Shown in pieces: positions 11,279 through 24,780 of a stretch of DNA of 43,457 nucleotides (within the stretch, counting starts at the first letter, position 1; every line of letters starts with the position of its first letter). Below the pieces are notes generated by a model. The model searched no databases. It saw only the letters and a program-made list of their open reading frames with translations, and was not told where the DNA came from. Origin of the DNA: Octopus bimaculoides (Eukaryota); assembly GCF_001194135.2 (NCBI RefSeq), contig NC_069002.1, positions 21,249,939 through 21,293,395 of the forward strand. The letters run 5' to 3'. The translations under genes were made by a program, and so were the position numbers.

Positions 11279-11381
11279 ATATGGTTCTGGAATGTTACTA
11301 AAAGACGTATCACCTTTCCTTAGGAATTTATCCAACACTAGGCAGGAAGGAATGTGACTTATCTCTGCTTCATAAACGTCT

Positions 11382-11441
11382 GAATGGATATCCAGAGAAT
11401 GGATATCCAGAGAATGGATATCCAGAGAATGGATATCCAGA
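11382..11441. repeat. Perfect 15-bp tandem repeat x4 (GAATGGATATCCAGA)
   Basis: Four identical units at 11382, 11397, 11412 and 11427; each contains the 10-bp palindrome TGGATATCCA. Confidence 0.97.
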
Positions 11442-12339
11442 GAGGGAAGTCACACAAAAATATAGAGATGGCACAGCTCAGAGAATGCAATGCGTTGAAT
11501 TTATAAAATTTGATTTTAAACCTTAATTTGTGAAATCAGGAACCAGTTAAATTACTAACTTCAAACTAATCCACCGTTGTTTCACGAATTTTGCGGCATT
11601 GTTCCAATATGAGAAATTATTAATGAGTTATGTAAGACCTCATAGTACAATCTCAGCCCTGTCTTGATTGTCTCTCCTATCTGCAGGATCAGTACAATTA
11701 CAAATCTAATTAGTGAGGCCAATTTAGTAGAGATCACGAAGCATGTATTAGGAATCTTTCATTTTATAGTACACAGTTTCTCTTTGAGGTTTTCTCGATC
11801 CTCATGTCATACTCTAAAAACATGTCACCGTCGTTCGTTTGATTTTGGATTTAGCTTTTGTCTTCTTAAATGTCAGCTACTAGGTCTTTGTTTACTGTAA
11901 TAATATCATTCTTGATAATAGTATTATTATTCGTTTTCCTCCTCGTCCCGCTTCTTTTTGCGCAAGAATAAAGAATAAAAGTAGGAAGACAGGACGAAGA
12001 AACTCATGAAAGAAGGAAATGTGATTGCAAGAAAGAAAAAATAAACGCGTAAAAAAGAGGGAGAAAACAGGAATAATGAAAGAAAGGAAGGAGAAAAGAA
12101 TGAGTGATTGAAATAAAGAAATGTAAAATATGGAAAAGAAATCATGGGATTGAAAATGAAGAAAGGAAAAAAAATCTTCTAAAGAAGAAAGATAAAGAAA
12201 GAATGGAAAACACTCAGGAAAACCATCTCCCGTCCCACCACCACCACCAAGAATCATTTAAATCATTCAGCATGATGTCATGAATAATTGCTCAGGTTAA
12301 TTAAGTTTGATGTTTTAATGGGTGTAGTCCTGTTTGAAT

Positions 12340-13027
12340 ACAACAGCAAACATTTTAACAACAACAACAACAACAACAACAATAGTGAATAGAGCAACAA
12401 CACCAGCATCAAGAATAATATGAAAATTAAAACTGATATCATCATCATCATCATCATCATCATCAATGCTAATAATATCGTTATCATTACTATGGTGCTA
12501 AACAGCCCGGCAAACATAACATCAATATTAATTGCAATATACACCATCAACACAGTTCCAATAACAATAATAATAATAATAATAACAACAATAATAATAA
12601 GAATAATAAAATTATTATTTTTATGATTATTATTATTATTATTTCATTTTATATTTATAGTCATCATTCTCAGTGTCTTCACTAACATCGTCATCAACAG
12701 CATCAGTACTATCCTAATCATGAAAACCAATATCTACGTCATCATCACCATCATCATTACCACCACCACTACCACCACAAGCACCACCATCATCATCATC
12801 ATCATCACCATTGCCATCATCATTGCCATCATCATCAGCCCAATTTTCATTATTTTCAGCCTCATTGTCTCCACCATCTTCATGAAAAGTCAGCACCTCC
12901 ACCACCATTAACACCGAATTCTCTTTCTCGGGTCTTCTCCAACGTCTCACGATAATTACCCATATGTTAATTAGAAAATCGCCATCCACTCTATTCTCAA
13001 CAATAGCAATATTATTATGATATTAGT

Positions 13028-13061
<34 letters not shown>

Positions 13062-13500
13062 GTCCTAGTCACTGATAACAAAACCGTATCAATAATACCA
13101 ACACCATCCTCTAAGCATTTCTTAATGCCGTCATTATACTTATCCTCACTGATATTGTCACCGCCAACCTCATCGACTTCATCATCATCTTCAGCAGCAT
13201 CATCATAATTATCATCCTCGTCCTCGTCATCGTCATCATCACTCTCAACTGCTCCATTCTCCGCCCACCACATCTTCTCATCACCTTTCACTCAGTCGCG
13301 TTTGCATCTCCGCCATCACCATTATCTTCGTCATCGTCGTCGTTTTCATCATCTCGTCAGTTGCCACCATAATCAGCATACATCGGTTCGTCCTCAGTTT
13401 CACTTATCATCTCCCCCTCTTCTTACTCGACCACCAGCTACTCATCAACATCATCATCACTACTCTCATCATCAGAAGCAACAGCAGCACCATTAATATT
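12340..13500. repeat. Low-complexity (CAT/CAC/AAT/CAA)n trinucleotide-rich region
   Basis: Directly visible degenerate trinucleotide tracts; source of spurious poly-I/H/D/S ORFs. Confidence 0.9.
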
Positions 13501-13832
13501 ATCATTACAACCATTTATTTCTGGACGCCGGACAACGGAAGTGCGTTTAAATATATCAACATGAAAACTTTGCGTTGTTGTTGGTGTTGTTGTTGTTTAC
13601 CTCCAGGTAATCTAACAACATAAAAACTCAGCTGCTTCAACAGCATTGATATTATTTACAGTATAGCAATACCGTAAATAATGAAAAATGCAACGTAATT
13701 CTTCACAATGCCATTGGTGTCAATATGCAGCAACATTGATCCGCCTGTTCAGGATCTCCCAAATGACCGCACGACCTGCTAAAGAAGACAGCCAAATCTC
13801 CTTAACTTCAGCCCTAATAGTTTAGGCAGAAA

Positions 13833-13890
<58 letters not shown>

Positions 13891-13894
<4 letters not shown>

Positions 13895-14714
13895 GGGCTA
13901 AACTAAATGCGAAAGAAATAGACAGAGAAAAATCCCAGCAAAGGCTCAGAAGTTCAGGGCTCAAAGCAGAGACTGAAGAATTTTTAATTGCTGCACAAGA
14001 CCAGAGCCTCCCCACCAGAAATTACCAAAAACATATAATGAAAAGACATATAACAAGTAACTGTAGAATATGTGGAGATCGACAAGAAACAATAAATCAT
14101 ATTATCTCTGGCTGCCCAGTCCTGGCTAAGAAGGAATATATTCACAGACACGACAGAGCTGGGACCTATATACACTGGAAGCTATGCCAATACTATGGAA
14201 TAACAACAGAAAAAAGATGGTATAAACACACGCCAGAAAAGGTCACAGAAAACGAGAAAGCAACCATACTCTGGAATATGCCAATACACACAGATAGAGA
14301 AATTAAGGGAAATAGACCAGATATAGTTGTCAAAGATCATGAAGGAAAAAAATGCTTTCTAATTGATGTATCAATACCAGCAGATGACAACGTTTCTCTA
14401 AAAGAAATGGAAAAACTTTCAAAATACAAAGACCTGGAAATAGAGATAACTCGAATGTGGAATCTAAAAACAGAAACAATTCCTATCATAATAAAAAAAA
14501 TATTCAGACAAATACATAACAAAAATACCAGAACTTACAAATATATATAACATACAGAAAATTGCACTACTGGGTACTGCACACATTCTACGCAAAACAC
14601 TTTCAATACAGTAAATATAAGAGCACCACAGCAAACCACAGCACATACCCAAGGCGCACAGAGCTGCGCTCGGTAGTGAAGTGAAAGTACGTTATAAAAA
14701 TAAAACTACTGAAC
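13891..14714 (+). mobile_element. 5'-truncated non-LTR retrotransposon with CCHC zinc knuckle and restriction-like endonuclease (R4/Dong-like clade)
   Basis: The frame from 13891 reads YWAKLNAKEIDREKSQQRLRSSGLKAETEEFLIAAQDQSLPTRNYQKHIMKRHITSN, then CRICGDRQETINHIISGC (CCHC), RHD, NRPDIVV...LIDVSIP...EKLSKYKDL (PD..D/ExK nuclease). After a deletion/frameshift near 14490 it ends KYSDKYITKIPELTNIYNIQKIALLGTAHILRKTLSIQ* (14612-14614). A 3' UTR runs to 14714, with (AAT)n on both sides. Confidence 0.9.
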
Positions 14715-14843
14715 AATAATAATAATAATAGGAGAGCACGTAGAATAATACAGTTTTAAATGTGCACAAACAGGTTCTCAACCACAATATACCTAGGACT
14801 ACATTGTCCAATGTCATATTGCATCTGTGAAGGATGTTATTTG

Positions 14844-14890
<47 letters not shown>

Positions 14891-15269
14891 TGTGCTAGAG
14901 AGAAAGAAAGAAAGAAATGGAGAGAGCTGACTGTTATTTCTAGCAGCCTCTACAACCACCGACTTCGTTGGTTGAAAAATAACGGCAACAGCAACAAATG
15001 TCATGGTCACCACTACATAAATTTTATAGAGGGCGCTACTTGGTTGTAGATATAAAAGAACTTTTTTGCAGTACTTAATGGCGTCTCTATTTATCTCGAT
15101 TCTCAAGTCCCATGAGATTCACTGTGTCTCTGATCTTTCATAATCTAGGATCGATAAGATATTACCAATAATAGAGCGAGAGACGCGTCAATTGAATAGA
15201 TGTTTCTGTTGACGAAATTTGGCATTACATCAACCAGAAGTACCATCATCATCGTCGTCGCCGTCGTCC

Positions 15270-15301
<32 letters not shown>

Positions 15302-15504
15302 CGTCGGGTTAATGAAGGAAATGACTTGGCGTGTAAATCAGCATAACTACAACCGCATCAAGAACAACCAACAAATTAGTTACAAACCATAACAATATTA
15401 AAATCAACATCTAAAATACAGAAGACACAATAAAACTAATGAAGACACACACACACATATATATATATCATAAAAATGATAACAAAAGGTAAATAGAGGA
15501 TTTT

Positions 15505-15581
<77 letters not shown>

Positions 15582-17789
15582 AATAGCAAAACCTTCTGCA
15601 TCACAGAGAGGCGAAGCCCACAGAGAGAAAGATAAGATTATGAAATTTACAAGATAAATTAGCAAAAAACACCACGACTACGATAAACACTTCGGACAAC
15701 AGTGAATATGTCAAAAGCAAGAAGCAGGATAAACAGGAAAATCAAGAGTGAAAGCGGCAATAATAGAGTTAGTATCGGGAGAGATTGAACAGCGAGTTTC
15801 ACTTGAATCTAATAAAAATAAGAACAACAATAATTTTCGATGCAACGTAAGAACCAAACAAAACAACAACCAAAGCAAAATCAAGAAACGAAACAACTGT
15901 AATTCAATAAAAGGATTATGGAAGCCCAGCAGCTCCACAATTATTGTAATATTAACATAAAGAACCACAAAGCAGTCATAAATATAAATATGTATTTTTC
16001 TAAATATAACATAATATATATAATTGGTTTTGTCTGTGTTGCTGATGTTGTTGGCCAGGGTTGGATTTGCAGAGCAGACCTTTGAATAAAGGTGTTCTAC
16101 CCTTAGCAACTCGGTCTTCTCTCAGGGAAACGAAGATCATTTTATCCAATAGGTTCCGGCTTTTTATCATGTTGCCACACCTCTTTCAACCACGTGTTAC
16201 CTTCCCCCAATAATCTGAGACGGCAGCGTAGTAAAAACAAACTTCCATAAATTGACTTAAATTCAATTTTTACCTAAATTAATTTATTCAATATTTTAGC
16301 CACCCACCACCAAGGCCAATGCTAGTGTGTCCATAACGTAGCCAGACCCTGCCAAGGTTAACACATGTTACACAAACTCAAACACGCGCTTATACATTCA
16401 TTCACCCATCCACTCACCGCCTGTCGAACTTTTCCTTGTTTTCCCTCCCATATGACCTCTGCCTATTGAACTCTAATCTTAAATCTTATCGCCATAAGCC
16501 AACAATTAACATCAGAGCTGTAAGCGACATATTTCAAATTTAGTTTCTATATTCCCCTAAGCTCCATTTTGCGGAATTATTATCTCCAACGCCGATCACC
16601 GCAGAAACCAATTCATCAAAACAAAATTTAACCACTTGTTCGTTTGTTTCTTCATAGCATGATAACATCAGATATTTGAATTTTAAGTAGAACTTTAGCT
16701 ATAAATAAAAAAAGAATGGTATCAGCTGACTTCCTACCGGCTTAATCTATACATACACTGACATACACATTTATACAGCTGCATGAACACAGCTGCATAC
16801 ATACACACAACCGAATAACGTACTAAATAATACAAAACACATCTGGAAAATCCCAAATCCTCGTAAACGAAGAATTCAAACCAGAAATTATCTACCACCC
16901 ACCATCCCTGATTTGAAAAGGTACAGAATCCATGAAAACGTTGAACTCAATAAAATACCTCAATTTTCCTGACGCTTCATAACAGGGATTGAACCTGGTG
17001 TCTCTCCGTTGCCTGTTGAGTTTGTCTATTTCCAGAATAAATTATTGATTGTTGTTGTAAGTGTCCCTTGTACTGATATCACTTCATCTCAATGCCGGTA
17101 CTTCCAATTAGACCTTACGCACAGGTACNNNNNNNNNNNNNNNNNNNNNNNNNNNNNNNNNNNNNNNNNNNNNNNNNNNNNNNNNNNNNNNNNNNNNNNN
17201 NNNNNNNNNNNNNNNNNNNNNNNNNNNNNNNNNNNNNNNNNNNNNNNNNNNNNNNNNNNNNNNNNNNNNNNNNNNNNNNNNNNNNNNNNNNNNNNNNNNN
17301 NNNNNNNNNNNNNNNNNNNNNNNNNNNNNNNNNNNNNNNNNNNNNNNNNNNNNNNNNNNNNNNNNNNNNNNNNNNNNNNNNNNNNNNNNNNNNNNNNNNN
17401 NNNNNNNNNNNNNNNNNNNNNNNNNNNNNNNNNNNNNNNNNNNNNNNNNNNNNNNNNNNNNNNNNNNNNNNNNNNNNNNNNNNNNNNNNNNNNNNNNNNN
17501 NNNNNNNNNNNNNNNNNNNNNNNNNNNNNNNNNNNNNNNNNNNNNNNNNNNNNNNNNNNNNNNNNNNNNNNNNNNNNNNNNNNNNNNNNNNNNNNNNNNN
17601 NNNNNNNNNNNNNNNNNNNNNNNNNNNNNNNNNNNNNNNNNNNNNNNNNNNNNNNNNNNNNNNNNNNNNNNNNNNNNNNNNNNNNNNNNNNNNNNNNNNN
17701 NNNNNNNNNNNNNNNNNNNNNNACATATATATGTATGTGAGTGTGCATGTGTGTGATTTTCGTCATATCATACATAATCACCACTGTTA

Positions 17790-18737
17790 CAATGAAGAAG
17801 AGGATGAGAGGAGGTGAGGGAGAGAGGAAGAGAGGAAGGGTAAGAAGAAAAGGAGGAGGAAAAGAAGGAACGAGAAGAAAAAGAGGAAGAAGAATGAGGA
17901 GGAAGGGGTCATGATGATGATGGTAGTCGTGGTGGTGGTGGTGGTCGACGTCGTGATGGTGGTGTTCGTGGGGAGTGGTGGTGGAGACGGAGGGCGGTGA
18001 GAGGTTAGATGTGGTTGAGGTGGCTGAGAATCCGAATAACTTAACAAAACATATTCACGCAAAGATAACTGAGTTGCAGGGGTTCATGCCTAAAATGCAC
18101 CTTTTCGGGTTCACGTACATTAAATATAGTGCCAAATAAGGATGAGGGGGGGGCGTGGNNNNNNNNNNNNNNNNNNNNNNNNNNNNNNNNNNNNNNNNNN
18201 NNAGTGGTAGTGGCGACGGCGGCGGCGGTGGCAGTGGCGATGACGACGGCGGCGTTGTCGTGGTGGTGGTGGTGGTGGTGGTGGTGGTGGTGTTCAGTTG
18301 TGATTGTGCAAATGGTGTAAATGATAATGTTAATGATATCAAAGATAATAACGATAACGCTAATGACGATGATGATGGTGTTGGTGGTGGTGGTATTGAA
18401 GATGGTGATCGTGTTGCTCGCTGAAAGCAATACCAAGCGTAAGAGTGCACGTGACAATGGTTATAGTACAATGAAAGAGAATTGGGTGATCAATCGCCAA
18501 GAAGACACGGAATCTAAATGCGTCTGAACCATTTTAAAACACAGATTTAATTCAATTACTTTAAAATGGTGCCTTGTGTTTGAATCATTTCTTTATCGTC
18601 ATCATCATCATCATCATCATCATTATCATCATCATCATCACCATCGTCATCAACATCATCATCATCTTCATCACTACCACACCGGCGGCCTCGTTGTTGT
18701 TGGGATTAATTTGTATTTTATTTCATCTTCCGACCGG

Positions 18738-18823
<86 letters not shown>

Positions 18824-18900
18824 ATATTATCATCATCATCATCTTAAGAATATTTCGTTAAAATATTTCTTGTTTCTTCTCTAAATATATATATATATAT
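17790..18900. repeat. Purine-rich, (GGT/GAT/CAT)n and (ATT)n low-complexity region
   Basis: Directly visible simple repeats with a 44-N gap. Confidence 0.85.
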
Positions 18901-19249
18901 TCCGCCAGAGCTACAGAAGGCTATTTACAACATTTTCTATATGCGATCTCTGTTTCTCTTCCCCTCTCCCTCTCTCTCTCTGTCTCTCTCTACTCTCTTT
19001 TCGCCTCAAACTCTCCATCTCTCGGACCCCTCCCCCACCTTCCTCTTCCTCTTACACTCATCTGTGTGTTTCTAAAAACAATATTTCCTAGTGTCTCAGT
19101 AATATTTTTACATTCAATATTCTATATTCACCGCTATTCATTTCTCTTTATTCTCTGTTCTTGCATTCGTTTCCTTCTTTCTGCCTTTTTTTCCTTTTAG
19201 TCGCAACTTGTTTTTATTCACCCAAATTCTAGTCTTCTCTCCCTACCCC

Positions 19250-19306
<57 letters not shown>

Positions 19307-19482
19307 TTTGTCCTAAATATTTTATTTGACATTAATTTAATTATTTATTTATTTATACTTTATACTAATGGCTTTACCTTACCGCCGATGCAGTTTTTAT
19401 TTGTTTTATTTTTCTTGTTTATGTCTTTCTAATTATACTCATCATTATTATTGATGGTATAATAATAATAATAATAATAATA

Positions 19483-19516
<34 letters not shown>

Positions 19517-19637
19517 GCATTATCGCTAATGTGATTATTGTTGTTAGTGTTACTTTTGTTATTATTTTCGTATTGTTCCGAGTGTTGTAATAAGTATTCT
19601 CACTATTATCATCATCATTATTATTATCATTATTATA

Positions 19638-19673
<36 letters not shown>

Positions 19674-19844
19674 GTTCAGTAGTTTTATTTTTNNNNNNNN
19701 NNNNNNNNNNNNNNNNNNNNNNNNNNNNNNNNNNNNNNNNNNNNNNNNNNNNNNNNNNNNNNNNNNNNNNNNNNNNNNNNNNNNNNNNNNNNNNNNNNNN
19801 NNNNNNNNNNNNNNNNNNNNNNNNNNNNNNNNNNNNNNNNNNNN

Positions 19845-19949
<105 letters not shown>

Positions 19950-20640
19950 GTCATCATCATCATCATCATCTTTATTATTATTTTATTTCTATTAGCACTA
20001 ATACGATTATTAACATTGTCGATGGGGCTATTGTTTTCCTTTTTTGTTTTTTGTTTTTGTCTTTTGTGGTTTCTTTTGTGATTTCTATTAGAGGCTCTTT
20101 GTTTCAACCGTGATTTTATCACTCATTAGTCCCTGTGAACTTCCGACATAATTCTCATAAATTCTACAGCATTTAACTGCTGCAAAACATATATTTTCCT
20201 CACCCGATTCTCCTCCATCATCCCCTCACATCATCACCATCGTCTCCACCATCATCACCATCATCACCATTGTCATCATGATCATCGTCCTCGTTATTAT
20301 CATAAACAACGACAACAAAAAACAGGAACAAAAACATCATCGTCATCATCATCGTTTATATAATCGTCGTGTTCTCTAGAGAGAGAAACTTCAGTTATTT
20401 CATATTATTGTTATTACTAAACTGACGGTTGATTTGGTAGAATGATTTTTGGCATATATATTTTCGCAACCCTAGATGACAAAGACTATGTTCTTATCTC
20501 CATTAATTTTATTCAAGGGAAAAGATCCCATTACACCACCACAACGTGTTGTTGATAATCCACAGCAGTAATTGTTGTTCTCACTTCAATAGACGTCAGT
20601 GATTGGTTGAAATTACCGAAATACGACAACNNNNNNNNNN

Positions 20641-21056
20641 GAACCGTGTCTGTAGATCTTCTCTCGAACTGGTAGTGCGTCCCGATAGCAATGCCAAGCC
20701 AGGGATCTCTGGAAGTTATCCATAGGCCCCGACTCGAACGTCGTCCCGAAAAGGCGAGTTAGGAATTTCTCGTCGACACCCAAGTTTGTCCCGAGAGTAT
20801 CGGCGGACCTCCTCTCCACTAGTCCTGTATAGAACGCATTGGTCGTTTGGAAGTTGCACAAATTTAATCACGGACAACACAGCTGTTCTAGAGCTTGGTG
20901 ACACTGGCGGTGCCAATTGCCCAGTTTCGGTCTCTTTTTTATCCATGTTTGCAGTTATGTGAGTGAGACGTCACTGAAGTTCCAGAGATGCCGCAGTCTC
21001 AGCGCGTGTCTGCGCATCATCAACCACGGCATCCCCAGTCCTCCATCTAACGGACG
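20641..21056 (-). mobile_element. L1/Tx1-like non-LTR retrotransposon ORF2 fragment (post-RT region)
   Basis: One minus-strand frame reads RPLDGGLGMPWLMMRRHALRLRHLWNFSDVSLT*LQTWIKKRPKLGNWHRQCHQALEQLCCP*LNLCNFQTTNAFYTGLVERRSADTLGTNLGVDEKFLTRLFGTTFESGPMDNFQRSLAWHCYRDALPVREKIYRHG. GGLGMP matches the L1-clade GGLGLP motif, and W-x4-ALPVREK-x2-RHG matches the segment preceding the L1/Tx1 C-terminal Cys-His knuckle. The segment is markedly GC-richer than its flanks, and its 3' end is lost in the N gap. Confidence 0.75.
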
Positions 21057-21095
21057 AGATAGATAGATAGATAGATAGAAAGANNNNNNNNNNAC

Positions 21096-21145
<50 letters not shown>

Positions 21146-21285
21146 GGTAGGTAGGTAGGTAGGTAGGTAGGTAGGTAGGCAAGAAGGTATATTATTAGAT
21201 AGAGAGAGATAGGCAGATAGGTAGATAGACAGATAGATAGATAGACAGATAGGTAGAAAGAGAGAGAGAGAGAGAGAGGGGGGAG
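21057..21285. repeat. Compound (GATA)n/(GA)n/(GGTA)n/(GACA)n microsatellite
   Basis: Directly visible. Confidence 0.95.
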
Positions 21286-22809
21286 GGGAGACGTTTGAGG
21301 GCACAAAGGAAAGAAAGCAATCAGCACATGTTGGAGGCGTTGCATACATTATTTGGTAACAGTTTGATGCCGTCTATTTTTAGCATACAAGGGATCCATA
21401 TAGTGATATCTCATATTGTTTATACTTAAATCAATTTAATTTAAAACAATGTTAATTCCAAAACATGTTGCTAAAATCACTTCATAATACATACATACAT
21501 ACATACATACATACATACATACATACATTACATACATTACATACATACATACATACATACATACATGCATGTATGTATACATACATGTAAACATGCATAG
21601 ATACATACATATATATGTATGTGTGTGTGCGTATATTATATTATAGTGTATTATATATTCATTAAATAGTTAATAAATNNNNNNNNNNNNNNNNNNNNNN
21701 NNNNNNNNNNNNNNNNNNNNNNNNNNNNNNNNNNNNNNNNNNNNNNNNNNNNNNNNNNNNNNNNNNNNNNNNNNNNNNNNNNNNNNNNNNNNNNNNNNNN
21801 NNNNNNNNNNNNNNNNNNNNNNNNNNNNNNNNNNNNNNNNNNNNNNNNNNNNNNNNNNNNNNNNNNNNNNNNNNNNNNNNNNNNNNNNNNNNNNNNNNNN
21901 NNNNNNNNNNNNNNNNNNNNNNNNNNNNNNNNNNNNNNNNNNNNNNNNNNNNNNNNNNNNNNNNNNNNNNNNNNNNNNNNNNNNNNNNNNNNNNNNNNNN
22001 NNNNNNNNNNNNNNNNNNNNNNNNNNNNNNNNNNNNNNNNNNNNNNNNNNNNNNNNNNNNNNNNNNNNNNNNNNNNNNNNNNNNNNNNNNNNNNNNNNNN
22101 NNNNNNNNNNNNNNNNNNNNNNNNNNNNNNNNNNNNNNNNNNNNNNNNNNNNNNNNTATATATATACATATATATATATGTGTGTGTGTATGACTGTATG
22201 TATATATATAATCATATATATATTTAGATGACATATAAAGAAGCAATTATGCAGTAATAGCTTACACCTGTTTCTGTTACGTGATGAAGTGCACTCAAAG
22301 ATGTGTACTTCTACATCACGTTATAGATTCCTTGAAGCTTCTAATATGAAGTGCAAATATATTTGGAAAAGCATTTACATATAGCATCGAAAATATAAAA
22401 CCATATAGAGTGTGAAGTATGAAAGCCACTCCAGAAGTATGTATGTTCAGATCATTTTGTGTATATGTATATCTATGTATACACATATGCGCTTCGGGAA
22501 TCCCTCTATACATAACTATCTGTATGCATTTATAAAAAAAAAATAGACAAAACACGTGTGTACAAAATACTGACTGTAAGAAACGGGATATAAGAATGTG
22601 AATGGTGACATATAGAAAGGGGGAGAATTTAAAATCTAGAGAGAGTAGAAAAAAAACAGGTAATGAAAAGGCCTGCTCTGGTCGTCATAGTTCTTGTCAT
22701 GCTCTTTACTTGTCTGAAGCTTTACTTTGAACCATGTGCATTATGAGTTATAATTAATAATAACCAACCCCAGGTTATTGATATCGGAACGCAGAAGCGA
22801 AGTATTGAC

Positions 22810-23139
22810 GTACATACATACATGCCTAGAAACATACATGCGTACATACACACACATACATACATACATACATACATACATACACACATACATACATACA
22901 TACATACATACACACACATACATACGTACATATATACATACACACATACACACATACATACATATTTACATACATATATGCATACATACATTCATTCATA
23001 CATACATGCATACATACACACATACATACGTACATACATGCATACACACACATACGTACATGCATACATACACACATCCATCCATCCATCCATCCATGAA
23101 TATATACATACATACATACATACATACTTACATACATAT
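22810..23139. repeat. (TACA)n/(CA)n/(TCCA)n microsatellite
   Basis: Directly visible; source of the HTYI/MYV ORFs. Confidence 0.95.
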
Positions 23140-23421
23140 GTCGCTAATTGGTTCGGCTTCTCGCACTCAAAGTCGAGAAATCGTGGTTTCGAATCCCAGA
23201 CTGGCTGCGAAGTGAGTTCTTGGGCAAAATACTTCATTTCACTTAACTTCACTCCACTCAGCTAGCAATGTGTAACCCTACGACGGGCTTCCGATCAGGG
23301 AGGTCGTTGGCTACCCTCGCCTACCCAATCGGATGGCGTCTAATTGAAAGCTAAAACGATGCAAAGTGCATTGTGGGCATCGATGTATAACAGCATCCGA
23401 TAGTCTGATTGGTCTCGTGAT
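23140..23421 (+). mobile_element. tRNA-derived SINE, a third family (C)
   Basis: A-box-like GCTAATTGGTT and B-box-like GGTTTCGAATCCC, followed by CTTGGGCAAAATACTTCATTTCAC...CCACTCAGCT...AACCCTACGACGGGCTTCC...CAGGGAGG, typical of SINE central domains. It ends in (TACA)n. Confidence 0.6.
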
Positions 23422-24387
23422 ACATACATACATGCATACATATATATTATGCATACATACATATATATAGACACATAATTATTATAATGTGTGACGGTAA
23501 CTAGTAGAAAACTACACAAGAAAGGTATTTCTGATAACTCTAGCGACAATGATTTGGGTTGAAAGCCATTCCTAGAATTGATGATAGAATCGCTCAAATT
23601 AAACCCAGTTCTCGTCAATTTCGAAGAAATAAATGCTGGGCGATACCTGATATAATTTTAGTTGAAATTAAAATGTAAAAATTTCGAACAGCCTTTGTGT
23701 ACAACCTTCAAAGTAAAAGTGTTTTCAAAGCTACTGATGTTACCAAAATAATTAATGTTAATGGCTTGTTACAACTGATGTTAATTTCCTTAAATCTATT
23801 TCATTTATCAATTAGCGGAACGCTCTAATCAAGTTAAACATTGACAAGTTAATAGAGAATACTTTATTTCAATAGATACATAAACACACAAATACAGACA
23901 TTTATACGCATACGTATGTATGTATGTATGTATGTATGTATGTATGTATGTATGTGTGTGTGTATGTTTGCAAGCATGTATGTGGGTATGTGTGTTTGCA
24001 TATATGAATCTATGTATTTATGAACATATCTATGCATGCATGCATGTATATGTATATGTGCGAAGAAAGGGACATTTATTTCCTTCACTCTCTTTCTCTC
24101 TCTTTCATTCAAAACTTTTACTAAAATGTTTTCTACAGCACATATAACAATGCCCAATATGTTTCTACTACAGCAACTGCACATTGCTCTGTATGCAATT
24201 ATGCATCCTAGTCGCTGCAATTTCATCACCCGTTCATCACTTATGGCGTTTTCTAAGCGAACTAATTCAAACAAGCTTCCTGCGTTGATATTCAGTTGAA
24301 GGTTATAGCATTACTTCGTAAATGGAATTGAATTCTGGTCTTATAACCACGTCTACTGGTATTACAATTGAATCGTGGTTTTCAAGA

Positions 24388-24780
24388 TGGGTATGTGGTA
24401 AGTAGCTTGCTCACCAACCACATGGTTCCGGGTTCATTCCCACTGCGTGGCACCTTGGGCAAGTGTCTTCTACAATAGCCTCGGACCAACCAAAGCCTTT
24501 GAGTGGATTTGGTAGACGGAAACTGAAAGAAGCCTGTCGTATATATGAATATGCATGTATATGCGTGTGTGTGTAAATGTCTCTGTTTGTCCCCCTAACA
24601 TCGCTCGACAACCGATGGTGGGGTGTTTACGTCCCCATAACTTAGCGGTTTGGCAAAAGAGACCGATAGAATAAGTACTAGGCATCAAAAGAATAAGTCC
24701 TGAGTCGATTTTCTCGACTAAAGGCGGTGCTTCAGTATGGCCGCAGTCAAATGACTGAAACAAGTAAAAAAGTAAAAGTG
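24388..24780 (+). mobile_element. tRNA-derived SINE family A, near full length
   Basis: A box (GTGGTAAG region), B box GGTTCATTCCC, CCTTGGGCAAG core, internal (TA/TG)n and CAGTC-AAAT-GACTG tail. Confidence 0.9.

Noticed and set aside
11384-11443. MDIQR x4 frame resembling reflectin MD-x-Q-x-R motifs
   Set aside because: It arises from a 15-bp DNA repeat, with no reflectin M/FD-x5-MD-x5-MD repeat, no Tyr/Met/Arg-rich context and only a short ORF.
15660-17010. Possible further Penelope remnants (Asn/Lys-rich ORF 15748-15960; 16855-17010)
   Set aside because: Compositional resemblance only; no GIY-YIG, RT or hammerhead motifs could be pinned down.
21054-21110. ACGAGATAGATAG repeated on both sides of a 10-N gap (apparent TSD)
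   Set aside because: Most likely overlapping contig ends at a microsatellite (scaffolding artefact).
23140-23215. tRNA gene
   Set aside because: It has A/B-box-like motifs but no closable cloverleaf, and it continues into SINE body sequence. Treated as a SINE head.
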